Below are positions 60,871 to 64,000 of a stretch of DNA of 64,000 bases, in pieces. Location: assembly GCA_002633005.1 (NCBI GenBank), contig NMRA01000279.1, positions 402,422 to 466,421 of the forward strand, written 5' to 3'. Numbering within the stretch: position 1 is the stretch's first letter; each line of letters starts with the position of its first letter. The stretch is from Phoronis australis (lineage: Eukaryota > Animalia > Phoronida). The translations under genes and the position numbers were made by a program. The notes beneath the pieces are model-generated. The model was not told the origin of the DNA and made no database searches. It saw only the letters and a list, made by a program, of their open reading frames with translations.

Positions 60871-63206
60871 TTTTTCCACTGCCAGGTCGTCAGCCGTCAA
60901 CGGTCTCAAAATGTTCAGTTGCTCAGACTCAACCAGAAACAAAATTATCCCGGAAGAGCCTGAGGTGGACCTGTCCTGAGCATTTCATGAGCTTCGTTAA
61001 TCAGAGCTCGTCTGTAATCGCACCTCCCTGCCGGGCTTCGGGCATAACACTTCCTCACATATCTGTGACAGGTTATAATTATCAGCGAGAACATCCGACT
61101 GGTATCGGTTGTCAACAGTTAAATCGGTTGGATTCTTTTTTGAGAAGCTGCGCAACTTTTGTAAGACAATTTATAGCGAAACAGTTTTGTTGATCTATCA
61201 TTGGCGGCAGAGTCGGGGGTCAAGCGAGGGAATTCAAGTTCACGAGAAATCGTGAATTAAATACAGTTAAAACATCTAGAACCGCTCTCCGCCCCCCAAA
61301 ATAACTTTTGATTGAGACCCGGCCGCCTCGTGCACGGTTATGAACTCTCAGGCTTATCCCTGGCGAAATTAGAAGTAATTTCTTGGCTTTTATAGAATTG
61401 ATATTCCGTTATTACTTGACACCCAGCACTTCAACGTCACGCCGGACATTTTGCTCTGATCGTGGTATATAATATTAACCATTGTCAGATTTTGTTTCAA
61501 AGTAGAAACAGATAAATCACTTTGAAATCCAGTAATCATGTTTATTTAATAACGCTTGATTTCTGTCGGATTTTAAAGTATTTTACCAGATTCTATATTG
61601 TCCAATTTTATCTGGTTCCAACATATGCCAGATTTTTTCAAGCTTATAAACCACGTCTCATCAGAACTAGGAGCAAGTTGATATCAGTTTTCATGTCGGT
61701 GAGTTGTCCAAATAGAAAGTGATTCTTAGTCCGTCGAACGCCAACGTGACATTGCTACTCTAACTAAAAAGGCACTCCCACAAAAGCAAAACCAATTTCC
61801 TCATTGTGTTATTTTGTTCATGACAGTATTTATTGAAACGAAGCAACCAACTCATTATAATCAAGACGATGACCCCAGTTAAGGTTTGAAAACAGTAGCC
61901 CATGCTTCATCCGCCAGACGCTTTTTATATTATTGTCTGACAACTGTCACGTCAGTTCAGTTAACCTTGACCTGCCGAAGTTAGGAGGCACAGAACAGTT
62001 CTCACTGGGTTTTGCCTAGCAAAACACACATCACTTGATTTGTAACCTTTTCTTCACTCTGTCAAAAACAGGATGCAAAGAATGGCATGTTTTCAATTAT
62101 TTCACATAAAAAGCCCAGCAGATGAGCACAGAAACTTTATTCTTTCTTGTATTTTTGACCATTTCATTCCCACTGACAACCAAGCTAGACTAAGAAAAAT
62201 AAGGGCAAAAAAATGCAAAATCGGCACTTTTCACCCGAAAAACACCACTTCCCTGCCGATGCACGACTAAAACCAAACTTAGAGTCTGAAAGCAAATTTC
62301 CTACCGATTCAGAAAATGTGGTCCAAAAGTACTGTCAACCAACTAGTTTTTTTGCAATTCTTGCTTGTTTGAGGGCTACCTAAAATCACAGCCAATTTCT
62401 CGGTCGCTACCCAACAATGCACAATTGCAGCTGGGGGCCGCCATCTTGAAGAAGAGTGCAGCTACAGCCAAGAAAGTGGCCTTTTTTTATTCACAGCATG
62501 TTCACAAATACAAACAAACCACATTCACTGAGCCTACGTGCAATGCCCACTTACAAAATGCCCCCAAACTTGGCCTACCCCAAAATTTCTATATTTTGGC
62601 AGTGCAAATTGGCCGCGGCCGCAGCCTAACTATTCAGTGCCACATTATGCTTGGCGTTGACCTTGACAGAAAAAACTACCCGAGAAACTGTACGCCATTC
62701 GAGTTCACATCAAAGTGAAGTAAAATAAAGTAAAGTTCAGTAGAGTAAAATGTAGTAAAGTTTATTTAACTTCGTGTTTAAGATATAAATTATTCATTAT
62801 ATAATACATATTAGCACATGTGCCAGTTTTCCACAATGGAGTCGACTATATACAAATTTTTACAAGCATATAATAACTTGTGAATATTGCACGTATACAG
62901 AAATGGTAAGCTTTCATACTGTCGGTTATGCTTTGCCGTTAATAGTTTTCTGTTTTGTTTGGAAATGCATTCCTCACAATTATCCAACTGATGTTCCCCT
63001 GTCCTAATGATTCCCTGTCTTTATGGTATGCTACCGACGTTCTTGGTGCCGAAATTCCTGGACCTCGATGTTCGATCTGTCCGATGCCTCGTTGGCAACT
63101 AGTTCCGTAAGTTGGGTGTCATTCCAAACTTTCTGTATACTGGAGGCTCAGAATTTTTTGTTAGTTGTCTATTAAATCCTGGTGTGTTTTTTTCAACAAA
63201 ACAATA

Positions 63207-63345
63207 AATCTATTACTGGACTTACGGTACGTGGAGATGGCTACGTTGCGTCCTCCTCTCGAGGACTTCATCAGGCCACTGAGTTGTCCTCGAGAGGAGG
63301 ACGCAACGTAGCTATCTCCACGTACCGTAAGTCCAGCAATAGATT
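63207..63345. repeat. 60-bp inverted repeat (58/60) with a 19-nt spacer, Penelope pLTR-like
   Basis: 63207-63266 is the reverse complement of 63286-63345 with two mismatches. Confidence 0.9.
63237..63279 (-). ncRNA. Minimal type I hammerhead ribozyme-like motif with a GAAA>GCAA variant
   Basis: GTGGC-CTGATGA-A-GTCCTC gagag GAGGAC-GCAA-CGTA-GCCAT: stem I, catalytic core, stem II, palindromic ACGU stem III and a GUA cleavage triplet. Confidence 0.6.
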
Positions 63346-64000
63346 AATTGTTTCTTATACTATGACCCAACTGGATGACTGAAAACATTCATCGTATTTT
63401 CCTAAGAAGCAGTTTATGTATTTCGGATATTCAAAAATGACCGTTATTTGAGATTTGGAAACAAACGGTTCACAATGGCACCTTGCTCATGTAGACTAGT
63501 TACAAATCCAACGCCTTATTTATATGCCAAAGGCTGTGCATAATGCACTTAGATACACTATGTTTTGATACCCGACTTATGTTGTTGTTTAAAGATGCTA
63601 TCACAGTATCTCCGTAAACTACGTAACTACTTTTATTGTTCACAATAAAAATTCAAAGACCCAAGTCCCATCACACTAATTTTAATCTTATGTCCAGTTT
63701 ACGTTCACATGAATGATTTCTATTGAAGTTGTCCTCTGGACCACAGAACTCGAAAATTAATAGGTGGCGCTAGTGAGCTAACGGGTCTGCCATTTTGCAT
63801 GCAATCAGTAACATGGGACCCGTTCCAGTGGTGATTATCTTCTGCTGCAATGGGGCCCGTTATCAAGAGAATAGCTTTCTGTCTTCAGTCTGTTCAAATA
63901 ATAAAAAGAGGACCATTTACTCATTCACCTGTTGCCATTGAGTGGATATCTGTTGAAATTTCCCAGCATTCGTGTTATTTTGTGGTTTATGTGCATTCTA

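Noticed and set aside
61200-61330. CCAAT and GC-box-like motifs as the gene promoter
   Set aside because: Short motifs expected by chance; no transcription start evidence.

Overview
Animal (probably marine invertebrate) genomic DNA, AT-rich, not prokaryotic. It is dominated by one minus-strand gene that I reconstructed by hand as about 45 coding exons (59709 to about 1087, roughly 2,700 aa) with canonical GT-AG introns and compatible phases. Predicted architecture: signal peptide, Cys-rich module, three tandem ~225-aa helical repeats (each a four-exon cassette, with a Cys pair resembling ABCA-transporter extracellular domain 1), an unrecognised ~125-aa domain, a SEA-like domain, EGF, NIDO, AMOP, vWF-D (GDPH), a cadherin/Ig-like domain, about 11 EGF/cbEGF repeats, a short Thr-rich stalk, SEA (GSVVV), EGF, a transmembrane helix and a cytoplasmic tail. 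This is a MUC4/SUSD2/Mesh-like membrane mucin carrying an unexpected ABCA-ECD-like N-terminus, which is the main novelty. Introns and flanks hold decayed mobile DNA: a Ty3/Gypsy element joined to a THAP remnant, an RNase H LINE fragment with a 15-bp TSD, a pogo remnant, DINE-1/HINE-like elements with phased CTCF-like motifs, MITE foldbacks, tRNA-derived SINE heads, a 62-bp hairpin tandem repeat, and Penelope-type minimal hammerhead-like motifs. All family assignments come from manual motif recognition; no database searches were run.
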